This document shows, in pieces, positions 8,788-16,896 of a DNA stretch of 64,000 nucleotides. The position numbers and the translations under genes are program-made. Source of the DNA: a virus; the IMG/VR virus record IMGVR_UViG_3300028573_000011, positions 1 through 64,000 of that record; one strand, given 5' to 3'. Positions within the stretch are counted from its first letter, which is position 1. Every line of letters starts with the position of its first letter. Under the pieces are notes generated by a model, which did no database searches, had not been told where the DNA came from, and was given only the letters and a program-made list of their open reading frames with translations.

Positions 8788-9037
8788 CCACTACGCAGGG
8801 GCTCCCAGGTGCTGTGGGTGCCGAGACCCCCCGGACGAGTCGAACGCAAGAAGGCCGGCCCCGAAGGACCGGCCCACGGACCGGCGAGCTGTCACTCGCC
8901 GATCAGACGCTCCCCCAATGCCGCGAAGCAAGGAGACCGTTCAGTGCTCACTGTAGCAACAGGACGCTGCCCCGCCAGGGCGGTTCCGTGAGGAACAGCG
9001 CACTGCGGCGGGTCCGGCATGCCGCCGGAGGCCCCGC

Positions 9038-10051
9038 GTGAAGATCATGAAGCCGGTACCGGACGGAACCGGCTGGGTAGCCATCCCAAACGCCACGGCG
9101 CGGGACACCCAGCTCGACCGCCGGGCCCTCGGCCTGCTGGTCGAGATCCTGTCCTTCCCCGACGGCTGGGAGATGAACGCCGACAGCCTCGCCACCGACG
9201 GCACCGAGGGCCGCAACGCCGTGCGCGCCGCCATGCGGAAGCTCGAGGATGCCGGCTACGTCGTCCACATCCGCCACCGCGGCGACCGCGGACGCTGGCT
9301 GACCGCAGCGTTCGCGGGCAACTCCCCTGCGGCGGCGCGCGCCGCCGCAGACGCGTGGCTGGAGCAGAATCCGGACGCGGCAGAGACACAAACGCCCAGG
9401 TCGGACCGAGGTACAGGAAACGGGGCGTCGGCCAACGGGGCGTCGGTGGAGGGGGCGTCGGCCGACGGGGTGTCGGCCAACCGGGCGTTCTATGAAAGAA
9501 GGGAGCCAAAGAAGGTGCCAAAGAAGGTCTCTAACACGTCCCCACCTGCGGCCCCGGCTCCCTCTCCCTCTCCCCCGGCTGCACCGGCGACTACGACCGT
9601 GGCCGAGCCAGACGGCGGAGAGAGGGGAAACCCATCGCCGTGGCTGCCACAACTCGATCCCGTCGCCGACGTCGTTGATGCCTGGGCCAAGGCCCGGGCC
9701 GAAACCGGCATGCCCGCGATGGCCAGCGAGCGAAGCCGGGTCCGATCCGGCGCCGTCGAGCTGCTCGGCGCAGGGCACGACGTCGCCTACCTGGCCCGGG
9801 TGGCATCCTGGATGGCCAGCGCGCATCCGGGCTGGTCAGACCTCGGGAGAGCTCGCACCGCCCCCGGCGCGCCGCTATTCGGTCACGGGCAGACGGCCGC
9901 CGTACCCGCGCCACGCCAGGACCGGCCTCCGTGTGTCGCGGATGCCTGCCGTGGCTGCGATCACGATGAATGCAATCGCAACGGGTTCCTGATCCACAGC
10001 GATCTCGGCGTCCGCTGCCCGTGCTGGTTCGTCCCGGAAGCGAGGTTCTAA
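9038..10051 (+). CDS. Replication initiator-like wHTH protein (Rep1)
   Basis: WVAIPNATARDTQLDRRALGLLVEILSFPDGWEMNADSLA...EGRNAVRAAMRKLEDAGYV; internal iterons; Cys-rich C-terminus. Confidence 0.75.
   Translation: MKIMKPVPDGTGWVAIPNATARDTQLDRRALGLLVEILSFPDGWEMNADSLATDGTEGRNAVRAAMRKLEDAGYVVHIRHRGDRGRWLTAAFAGNSPAAARAAADAWLEQNPDAAETQTPRSDRGTGNGASANGASVEGASADGVSANRAFYERREPKKVPKKVSNTSPPAAPAPSPSPPAAPATTTVAEPDGGERGNPSPWLPQLDPVADVVDAWAKARAETGMPAMASERSRVRSGAVELLGAGHDVAYLARVASWMASAHPGWSDLGRARTAPGAPLFGHGQTAAVPAPRQDRPPCVADACRGCDHDECNRNGFLIHSDLGVRCPCWFVPEARF
9421..9537. repeat. Iteron-like 15-bp direct repeats plus A-rich tract (candidate origin 1)
   Basis: CGGGGCGTCGGCCAA-like unit x4 at 9421/9436/9451/9466, then CCAAAGAAGGT x2 in an A-rich stretch. 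Confidence 0.65.
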
Positions 10052-10053
10052 CC

Positions 10054-10578
10054 ATGGAGTACGAGCCCACCGGATCGCGCCCGTGCCACCGCGGGGAATG
10101 CGAACGCCACCACCACCCGCCGTGCAACCAGGGCTGGATCAGCGTCGATCGCGTGTGCCCGTGCTGGTCGGCCCGGCGGCGTCTGGTCGTGAACCACAGC
10201 GGGCCGCCGGACCAGGCGCCGCCCGCGCCGATGCCTGCGAGCATCCGGGCGGCCTGGAACACGGCCCGGGCCGACGCGCGCCCGCTGCCGCAGTCCGGAC
10301 CGTCGCGGCGCCCGGATCCGGCGAGCAGTCCCCCGCCGGTACCGGGGCCGCTTGATCCCCGCGGCGCCGAGGTGGTGAGCCGCCTCAGCCTCGATCCGGC
10401 GCCGGCCGGTCCGCTACTGCGGCGGCTGGTCGGCGCCGTCGCGGCAGCCCTGGATCAGGGGTGGACCGTCGAGGATCTCGTGCAGCTGCTGGACGCCGAC
10501 CGGGATCCGGACCGTGAGCCGGTCCGGTACTGGATCTGGCGGCTCGGCTGGATCGGGCCGGCGCTTGATGCACGCTGA
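10054..10578 (+). CDS. Hypothetical protein with N-terminal Cys/His zinc motif
   Basis: CHRGECERHHHPPCNQGW...CPCW, resembling the Rep1 C-terminus; follows Rep1 stop by 2 nt. Confidence 0.6.
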   Translation: MEYEPTGSRPCHRGECERHHHPPCNQGWISVDRVCPCWSARRRLVVNHSGPPDQAPPAPMPASIRAAWNTARADARPLPQSGPSRRPDPASSPPPVPGPLDPRGAEVVSRLSLDPAPAGPLLRRLVGAVAAALDQGWTVEDLVQLLDADRDPDREPVRYWIWRLGWIGPALDAR

Positions 10579-10603
10579 CGGTGGGCGGCATCTGTCGACT
10601 GGG

Positions 10604-11227
10604 CTACACCTTCCAGTCCAGGATCGTGGACTCGATGCTGTACTCGATCCGTACCGGATTGCCGGTCTGCGCGGCGGGAATGTCGAAGGGGATCAGGCCC
10701 GTTCGGCACTGGCCGGTCTTCACGGCAGCCGTGTCGCTGTCGTTGGGATACAGCGGCTTGGGAAAGTCGCGAGGGCTGTACGCGCTGAGCGGTTGGACTC
10801 CGGCACCATCGGCGAAGATCAGGCTCCAGTACGTCCAGCTCAGCGCAGACACGCCACCCGGGGGCGACTTCAGACAGGTGGTCACGCTGATCGTGGCGAT
10901 CCGGTCGGCGGCGGGCACCAGGTCACCGTTCGCTCCGGCCTTGCGCGCGGTGTAGGCGCCGGCGGCGAACGTCACTGTCGTGCCGTCGGAATCGGTGAAC
11001 GTCTGCACCGTGCCGCTGGCGGGATCGGCGGACATGGAACTGGTCGGCGCCGTCGCCGCGGCGGTGGCGGCCGGGGCCGACGTGGCCGCCGCGGCCGATG
11101 TCGGCGGCGCACTGCTCGACGTCGGCACGATCGCCGCGACGGGATGAGAGGGGTGGCTGCTGGAGCATGAGGTCAGTACGGCGGCGGCCAGGACCGCAGC
11201 CGTAGCTATTCGAGGTCGACGGGTCAC
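10604..11227 (-). CDS. Lipoprotein
   Basis: Signal peptide with lipobox LTSC, Ser/Thr/Ala linker, beta domain GQCRTGLIPFDIP. Confidence 0.75.
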   Translation of the reverse strand: MTRRPRIATAAVLAAAVLTSCSSSHPSHPVAAIVPTSSSAPPTSAAAATSAPAATAAATAPTSSMSADPASGTVQTFTDSDGTTVTFAAGAYTARKAGANGDLVPAADRIATISVTTCLKSPPGGVSALSWTYWSLIFADGAGVQPLSAYSPRDFPKPLYPNDSDTAAVKTGQCRTGLIPFDIPAAQTGNPVRIEYSIESTILDWKV

Positions 11228-11588
11228 GCACCGACCGTAGCCGCGCGTCTGTGCTGTGACTGGCCGAATCGGGAAACTACCGCCGTCGCTTCCCCGCCAG
11301 TCGGTCGGCCACTCACTTGGGTGATGGACGTGTCGCCACAGCGCGTCTCGCAGCTGCTGCGCGCGCACACCACGACCACGGCAACCATGGCGAGCACGAC
11401 CACGCTGGCCTCAGCGGCAGCGCTACTCATGACGCTAATGCTCAACCTCTTCCGCGACTGATGCGCCAGGCCCTCGCCCGCTTACGTTCTGTCACCGGCT
11501 CGCAGTAGCCTGACGCCGTCGGCCACTGGCGGCCTTAAGCCCGTCGGAGCCGTCCGTTTCCAACCCGATTCGGCTCTGGAGGACAGGC

Positions 11589-11741
11589 ATGGGCGCACAC
11601 GGCCGCGATGACAAGGACGACGACGAGGACGTTCCGCAGGACACGGACGATGAGGTCCACCGCGGCGTCTCCAGCTCCGGCAAGGGCAAGCACGGCGGCG
11701 GCGCGGACGGCGATGACAAGGACGAGGACGAGGACGACTGA
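11589..11741 (+). CDS. Acidic 50-aa candidate RiPP precursor peptide
   Basis: MGAHGRDDKDDDEDVPQDTDDEVHRGVSSSGKGKHGGGADGDDKDEDEDD; RBS GGAGG; TGATG overlap with the methyltransferase. Confidence 0.75.
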   Translation: MGAHGRDDKDDDEDVPQDTDDEVHRGVSSSGKGKHGGGADGDDKDEDEDD

Positions 11742-12931
11742 TGCGGCCCGGCTGGCGTCCCCTGCACGACGCTCTCACCGAACAGCTCATCGCTGACGGC
11801 GCCGATTTCCTCGTCGACCCGGCGTGGCGTGCGGCATGGGACGCCAGCCCCCGCCACCTGTTCATCCCCGACGACGTCTGGCTGAAGGACGGTGCGGCCT
11901 ACCGGGCGGTATCCGCCGGAGACGCCGGCTTCGACTGGTTGCAGCTGGTGTACTCCGACCAGTACGTCACCGTCCAGGTCGACGACGGCCAGACCGAACA
12001 CGCTCCCGGGGCGGTCGGCGCCCGGGCCACGAGCTCGGCATCGGAACCGGCGCTCGTGGCCCGCATGCTCCACCTGGCCGAGCTCAAGCCGGGACAGCGC
12101 GTGCTGGAGGTCGGGGCCGGCGTCGGCTGGTCGAGCTCCATCACCGCGGCGTACGTCGGAGACGCCGGCGTCGTCGCCGTCGAGATAGACCCCGCGCTCG
12201 CCGTGGGAGCCGCGGCACGCGCCCGCCGGGCCGGCCGCAGCCACCTCATCGCCACCGGCGACGGCCTGGCCGGGTGGCCGCGGCGCGCGCCGTTCGATCG
12301 GATCGTGCTCACCTGCGCTGTTGCGAAGGTCCCGGCCGAGCTGATCGCGCAGACCGCGCCGGGTGGCATGCTGCTGGTGCCGTACTCCAGCTCCGGCTAC
12401 GGCGGCGCGATGGCGCTGCTCACCGCCGACGGGCACGGCGGCGCCGCCGGGCCGTTCGTCGCCGAGGCGCACATGATGCAGTCCCGAAGCCAACGCGTCG
12501 GCTACGTCCCCCTCAGCCGCGAGCCGGTGCGCGAGCGCACCTCGGAGCTTCCGGTGGAGGCGTTCGACAGCTGGCCAGCGCGGACGCTGCTTGAGCTGGC
12601 CATCCCGGACCTGGTGGCCCAGCCGCCGCGGCGCCGTGCCGACGGCTGGCTGTGGATGACCGTGCGCACCCCCGACGGGTCGAAGGCCTCGGCGGCCGTG
12701 CTGCCGCCGCCCGGCGAGGCCACGGACAGTACGTACGACGTCTACGAGTACGGGCCGCGCCGTCTGTGGGCCGAGCTGGAAGACGCCTGGTCGACGTGGC
12801 TGTCGGCGGGCCGGCCGGCGCTCCAGGACCACGTCCTGGCCGTTGACGCGGACGGCCGGCACCGGGTCGTCACCCAGAAGGGGGAAACCGTCGCGTCAGG
12901 GGTCCCCGCCATGACTGCGCCAGTAGCCTGA
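11741..12931 (+). CDS. PIMT-like methyltransferase, RiPP-associated type
   Basis: PRHLFIP, TSSASEP, VLEVGAGVGW, GDGLAGWPRRAPFDRI, C-terminal GPRRLWAELE..W..W. Confidence 0.9.
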   Translation: MRPGWRPLHDALTEQLIADGADFLVDPAWRAAWDASPRHLFIPDDVWLKDGAAYRAVSAGDAGFDWLQLVYSDQYVTVQVDDGQTEHAPGAVGARATSSASEPALVARMLHLAELKPGQRVLEVGAGVGWSSSITAAYVGDAGVVAVEIDPALAVGAAARARRAGRSHLIATGDGLAGWPRRAPFDRIVLTCAVAKVPAELIAQTAPGGMLLVPYSSSGYGGAMALLTADGHGGAAGPFVAEAHMMQSRSQRVGYVPLSREPVRERTSELPVEAFDSWPARTLLELAIPDLVAQPPRRRADGWLWMTVRTPDGSKASAAVLPPPGEATDSTYDVYEYGPRRLWAELEDAWSTWLSAGRPALQDHVLAVDADGRHRVVTQKGETVASGVPAMTAPVA

Positions 12932-13113
12932 GAGTGCTGCGGGCCCCGGTACGGACCCCCGAGCGTGCCGGGCCGCAGCAGCCAAGGGTCCAGCGGGGAC
13001 AGCTGACTCATCACGGCGCCCATACCGGGTCCTCGGTATGGGCGCCGCGGCGTTTCCAGGAACGGCCTTTCCGCACGCGTGGACGGGGCGCGCCGCCGGG
13101 GTGCCGACCTGGC

Positions 13114-13422
13114 ATGATCACGTCCGTGTCTTCTGTCGAGTTCCCTGCCGACCTGCTCGATCTCAAGATCGGGTTCCTTGACGTGGAAGCCGAGATCGCT
13201 GCGCACGCGGCGACGCTTCCCGCCGGCGCCGATATCATCGCCGGCCGGGCGAAGATCAGCGACGAGGACCGTGAGCGTTCGCGCGCGCTGCACGCCCGGG
13301 CTGCCGATCTGGCGAGCCGGATCAGCGGGCACCCGTTCTGGGCGGCCATGCAGGGTGCCGCGCGGGTGGACGCCATGACCGCGCTGACGCGGGCGGCCAG
13401 GGACGCTCGGGACGCGGCGTAG
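13114..13422 (+). CDS. Hypothetical protein
   Basis: Helical ORF with GC3 bias (FPADLLDL...GHPFW). Confidence 0.65.
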   Translation: MITSVSSVEFPADLLDLKIGFLDVEAEIAAHAATLPAGADIIAGRAKISDEDRERSRALHARAADLASRISGHPFWAAMQGAARVDAMTALTRAARDARDAA

Positions 13423-13445
13423 CCCGGAGGCCGGGCCGGCTGTCG

Positions 13446-13709
13446 TCAGATCTGGAGCGGGACGATGAGCGTGCCATCGTGGACGGCCCAGAGCATCGCC
13501 GACCAGCCGTCGTGCATGCCGTCGGAGGCGTGCTCGATGAGCAGGACCCACCGGCCGTCCTGAAGCTGCGCCTGGACCTTGACGATGCCGATGAGCCAGC
13601 GGCCGCGGTGGCGGAAGCGCACCGGTCTCCAAGCCACCAGCCAGCGGCGGACAGCCTCCCGATCCGGGGGTTTATCGAGAACGGCGACGTCGGACACGCA
13701 CGCAACCAT
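13446..13709 (-). CDS. Hypothetical protein
   Basis: Small beta-rich ORF convergent with upstream gene. Confidence 0.55.
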   Translation of the reverse strand: MVACVSDVAVLDKPPDREAVRRWLVAWRPVRFRHRGRWLIGIVKVQAQLQDGRWVLLIEHASDGMHDGWSAMLWAVHDGTLIVPLQI

Positions 13710-13755
13710 AGTCGCACTAACGTTCGATTGCGAGGGCGGGGCGCGCCGCACCCAG

Positions 13756-13992
13756 TCACTCGGCGACCCGGCCGTATCCCGGCGGTGCGCTCGCGGCGGG
13801 CCGGCGCAGCGCCGGCGCCCGGCGCCCGGCGGCGCGCGCCGCCAGCTGCCGCAGGAGGTCCGGCACGCCGCAGGAGCACGGCCCGTCGCGGTCGCCATCG
13901 ATGAGCGCGCCAGGGCACAGGTCGTGGTGGATGGCGTCGGCGTCGGCGGCCGCGGCGCGCAAGGCGTCGGCGAGCGCCCCGGTTCGTTCCAT
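13756..13992 (-). CDS. Hypothetical protein (HHxxC...CxC)
   Basis: HHDLC...CSCGVP metal-binding-like motif. Confidence 0.45.
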   Translation of the reverse strand: MERTGALADALRAAAADADAIHHDLCPGALIDGDRDGPCSCGVPDLLRQLAARAAGRRAPALRRPAASAPPGYGRVAE

Positions 13993-14045
13993 GTACCGGT
14001 TTTACCCGGCCCGGCCCACACCCGGAGGCTTCCCGGGAAAACAGG

Positions 14046-14071
14046 GCCGCCCCGGCCGGAGCCGGGGCGGC
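14046..14071 (-). terminator. Terminator of cassette A
   Basis: GCCGCCCCGGC/GCCGGGGCGGC hairpin followed by CCTGTTTT on the minus strand. Confidence 0.65.
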
Positions 14072-14078
14072 GTGTGGG

Positions 14079-14480
14079 CTACTCGCGGTTCTCCTCGCCG
14101 CCGGGCGCGTCGCGCTCGGTGATGAAGTCCTCCTCCGCGCCCTCAGCCGCCCCAAGGGCGAACTGCAAGGCGATGTCGGCGGTGGTGAACCGGCCGTCGT
14201 GCGGTCCGGCGCCGAACTTCAGGACCTGGTCGAAGGCGATGATCCACAGGTGGATCGCCACCATGACGGCCTCGGCGGTTTCCTCGCCGATCGGCGAGAT
14301 CTCCACCAGTTCCAGCGCGTCGTACAGCGGGGCGATGGTCACCGCCGGAGACTCCCCGCTGATGATGGGGGAGATCCGGATCGGGAGAGGGAACTGCTGG
14401 AGCAGTCCCACGATCATCGCGTAGATGACGGCGAGCTTGGTGAGCAGCTCTTGGAACTGCTCTTCCTCAGGAGCGTCCAC
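14079..14480 (-). CDS. Helical hypothetical protein, cassette paralogue A
   Basis: Behind conserved leader repeat; helix-P(L/I)P(I/V)-helix pattern shared with B and C. Confidence 0.75.
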   Translation of the reverse strand: MDAPEEEQFQELLTKLAVIYAMIVGLLQQFPLPIRISPIISGESPAVTIAPLYDALELVEISPIGEETAEAVMVAIHLWIIAFDQVLKFGAGPHDGRFTTADIALQFALGAAEGAEEDFITERDAPGGEENRE

Positions 14481-14500
14481 GTTCCTGCCTTTCAGTGTGG

Positions 14501-14582
14501 TGTTGTCAATCTGCTGCCGTTCGGGTTCTCAACCCCTCTCGACACTTCTAACTATACAACATAGACTCCTAGCTATGCAACA
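14501..14582 (-). repeat. Conserved promoter/operator/leader repeat, copy A
   Basis: TGTTGCATAGCTAG-N7-TGTTGTATAGTTAG...GGGGTTGAGAACCCGAACGGCAGCAGATTGACAACA. Confidence 0.9.
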
Positions 14583-14640
14583 CTCGGGCTGGTGTTCATC
14601 CGATCGAATGGACTATCGTGGGCCGGGACGTCCCGCGAGA

Positions 14641-14700
14641 GTGTGGCGTCAATCTGCTGGGCCGATGGGGTTCTCAGAACGGCAAACCCCCGTCGGCCCC
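14641..14700. ncRNA. Orphan leader-like hairpin, candidate sRNA
   Basis: Keeps GTCAATCTGCTG and GGGTTCTCA of the leader repeat inside a GGGCCGA...TCGGCCC hairpin; lacks the promoter repeat and an ORF. Confidence 0.4.
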
Positions 14701-14716
14701 AAGACTTTGAAACGCA

Positions 14717-14747
14717 GAAGGGCCCCGGCTTCCGCCGGGGCCCTTCC
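14717..14747 (-). terminator. Terminator of cassette B
   Basis: GAAGGGCCCCGGC/GCCGGGGCCCTTC perfect hairpin. Confidence 0.75.
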
Positions 14748-14754
14748 TGCTGGA

Positions 14755-15141
14755 CTAGCCCTGAACCTCCCCATCCCCGCCGTCTGCGACGAGACCGAGC
14801 CCTGCGATGCGCAGCGCCTTGCCCGCTTCGAGCAGCAGGAGCCTGGTGTTCATCTCGGCCCAGTCACCGCCGCGAGCGGCGAACCAGGCCATTGCGAACA
14901 TCGCGCCCATCGTGCGCTGGAGCGCCTTGCGCATCATCATGGCCACGCTCGGCGCCAGACCCGGCATCACGCCGATGAGCTCGGCCGCGTGCATCAGCGT
15001 TTCGGCCGATGCCTCCAGGTTGTCGGCGAGTTCGAACCCGACGGGGATCGGCAGCGCCGCCATGAAGTCCCTCAGGAAGAGCGCCTGTTCGGCGAACTCC
15101 AGCTTGAGGACCTGGAGACGTGCCTCGTGGTCTTCGGACAT
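14755..15141 (-). CDS. Helical hypothetical protein, cassette paralogue B
   Basis: MSED...AEQ...LPIPV...MHAAEL; RBS GGGAGG. Confidence 0.8.
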   Translation of the reverse strand: MSEDHEARLQVLKLEFAEQALFLRDFMAALPIPVGFELADNLEASAETLMHAAELIGVMPGLAPSVAMMMRKALQRTMGAMFAMAWFAARGGDWAEMNTRLLLLEAGKALRIAGLGLVADGGDGEVQG

Positions 15142-15157
15142 GCTGTCCTCCCTGTTG

Positions 15158-15239
15158 TGTTGTCAATCTGCTGTCGTTCGGGTTCTCAACCCCTCCCGAC
15201 ACTTCTAACTATACAACAGGGAACCCTAGCTATGCAACA
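15158..15239 (-). repeat. Conserved promoter/operator/leader repeat, copy B
   Basis: Near-identical to copy A apart from the 7-bp spacer. Confidence 0.9.
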
Positions 15240-15256
15240 GTCGTCAGGGTGAACCC

Positions 15257-15655
15257 TCAGTCGGCGGCCGGCCTGCGCCGCGGCCGCCGACTCTCCAGGT
15301 AGTCCGCGACCGCGTTCGCCCGGTACTGCATCACGCCGTCCTTCTCCACACCCTCCCCGAACAGGCCGCGGTGCGCGTGCCCGGCCATCGTCGACCGCGG
15401 CTGCCCGATGATCTCCCCCACCTCCCGAGGCGTCACCAGCCGCGTCCCCAGCTTGCGCAGCCGGCTGACCGCGGCCAGGTTGCGTCGTGCAGCCAGCACG
15501 GCCTCCACTGCGGCCGCCTCGTAGGTGTCGTAGAGCCCGCGCTTGTCCCCCTTGGGCGGCCAGTCCTGCTGGCCAACCCACAGGTCCACCGTCTTGATCG
15601 AGACGCCGTACTTCGCGGCGATCTCCTTCTTCGTGAGCCACTTCGTGTCGTTCAT
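15257..15655 (-). CDS. Tandem Xis/AlpA-like wHTH DNA-binding protein
   Basis: WLTKKEIAAKYGVSIKTVDLW and LVTPREVGEIIGQPRSTM; RBS GAGGAG. Confidence 0.75.
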   Translation of the reverse strand: MNDTKWLTKKEIAAKYGVSIKTVDLWVGQQDWPPKGDKRGLYDTYEAAAVEAVLAARRNLAAVSRLRKLGTRLVTPREVGEIIGQPRSTMAGHAHRGLFGEGVEKDGVMQYRANAVADYLESRRPRRRPAAD

Positions 15656-15710
15656 GGTCGCGTTCTCCTCTTCCGGCGGCCAGGGAGGACCGTCCAGTCC
15701 GAAGCTCGGG

Positions 15711-15740
15711 GCCGCCCCGGTTGAGAAGACCGGGGCGGCC
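15711..15740 (-). terminator. Hairpin/terminator after cassette C
   Basis: GCCGCCCCGGT/ACCGGGGCGGC inverted repeat. Confidence 0.55.
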
Positions 15741-15746
15741 GTCAGG

Positions 15747-16124
15747 CTACTTAGCGCCCGGGGGCAGCTGGCCGCCGAGGGCGACCAGACACCTTCCGGC
15801 GAGTTCGAAGCTGACCACTGCGTGGAACCGCGACTGGCGCAGGATCTTCGGCATGCCGTGGTAGCTGCGCGCGTGAGCCAGGATCGCCGCAGTGATCCAG
15901 TTCTCGACCGCGTACAGCGCCAGGTTCTCCGCCTCGTTGAGGCCGCCGCGCTCCATGAGCACGTCGGCCGCGTGTCGCATGTTCTCGACCGCGACGGAGA
16001 GGTTCCCTTCGGCGGCGACGTTGATCGGCGGTCGCAGGATTCCGAGGAGTGCTGCGAGCACCGTCGTCTGTTCCGCCAGGTAACGCACCAGATCGGCGCG
16101 CTGGGCCTGGATGTCTTCGGACAT
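15747..16124 (-). CDS. Helical hypothetical protein, cassette paralogue C
   Basis: MSED...AEQ...LRPPINV...MRHAADV; RBS GGGAGG. Confidence 0.8.
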   Translation of the reverse strand: MSEDIQAQRADLVRYLAEQTTVLAALLGILRPPINVAAEGNLSVAVENMRHAADVLMERGGLNEAENLALYAVENWITAAILAHARSYHGMPKILRQSRFHAVVSFELAGRCLVALGGQLPPGAK

Positions 16125-16140
16125 CGTGTCCTCCCTGTTG

Positions 16141-16223
16141 TGTTGTCAATCTGCTTGCCGTTCGGGTTCTCAACCCCTCCCGACACCTCTAACTATACAA
16201 CACAAACTTCTAGCTATGCAACA
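16141..16223 (-). repeat. Conserved promoter/operator/leader repeat, copy C
   Basis: Near-identical to copies A and B apart from the 7-bp spacer. Confidence 0.9.
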
Positions 16224-16224
16224 C

Positions 16225-16596
16225 CTATTGCGGGTCAAGTTCCCCACGCTCGGACAGCCTGAAGGACACCAGCTCCCCATCGGCGACCACAGCCAGGAAC
16301 CGCATGCCCGGCAGCGCCTCCGCGTCAACCCCGAGCTGCTCGGCGACCAACTCCGCCGGGAACCAGTGCTTGTTCCCGCTCGGCGGGATCAGCAGCGCGC
16401 GCGCCTCAGAACCGCGGCCGATCGTCAGCGACACGCGTACCGGCACGGGCTCGTTGGCGACGGCTGCCATCCCCCGCGCCTCATCACGGCCCTGCGCTGC
16501 GTCGGGACCGGCGCCGGCAAGCATGATTTCGACGCGTGCCAGGACACCCTCAGTCGCCTCGCTCCCCACGCTCGCGGCCCGCGGCATCTCAGGCAC
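16225..16596 (-). CDS. Hypothetical protein
   Basis: Overlaps stop of the Phd-like gene; no recognisable toxin motif. Confidence 0.55.
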   Translation of the reverse strand: MPEMPRAASVGSEATEGVLARVEIMLAGAGPDAAQGRDEARGMAAVANEPVPVRVSLTIGRGSEARALLIPPSGNKHWFPAELVAEQLGVDAEALPGMRFLAVVADGELVSFRLSERGELDPQ

Positions 16597-16804
16597 GATC
16601 GGCCCCCGCCAGAACCGCGAGCACTGCATCCGGGCCGCCGGCGCGCTGAATGGCCTCGCCCAGCTCGGCAGGGACGAGGGCAACCTGGCGCTTTCCGCGG
16701 CTGGTCAGGAAGTACGTGCGGCGTAGCAGCTTCACCGCGTTCATCAGTTCGCTGAGGTTCGCACGGGCTTCGACAATCGGCTGGTCTTCGGAGTTCATGT
16801 CCAT
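16589..16804 (-). CDS. Phd/YefM-family antitoxin-like DNA-binding protein
   Basis: IVEARANLSELMNAV....TYFLTSRGKRQVALVP; TAGAAT 7 nt before ATG (leaderless). Confidence 0.85.
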   Translation of the reverse strand: MDMNSEDQPIVEARANLSELMNAVKLLRRTYFLTSRGKRQVALVPAELGEAIQRAGGPDAVLAVLAGADRA

Positions 16805-16811
16805 GGCGGCG

Positions 16812-16882
16812 ATTCTAGCAATCCGGCTTGATGTACAGGAAGGCTTCATGTACATTAAGACTCGTAAGGCCGAGCCGTACAA
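16812..16882. promoter_or_regulatory. Divergent promoters with GTACA repeats
   Basis: Plus: TTGATG-N17-TACATT; minus: TAGAAT; TGTACA x2 and CGTACA overlap them. Confidence 0.65.
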
Positions 16883-16896
16883 GCCGAGGAGCCACG

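Noticed and set aside
11321-11461. Short ORF with VSPQRVSQL HTH-like fragment
   Set aside because: Too short, no clear RBS; possibly a remnant.
14501-16223. CRISPR array or integron attC sites
   Set aside because: Repeats are ~82 bp, contain promoters and are separated by whole genes; no cas or integron integrase.
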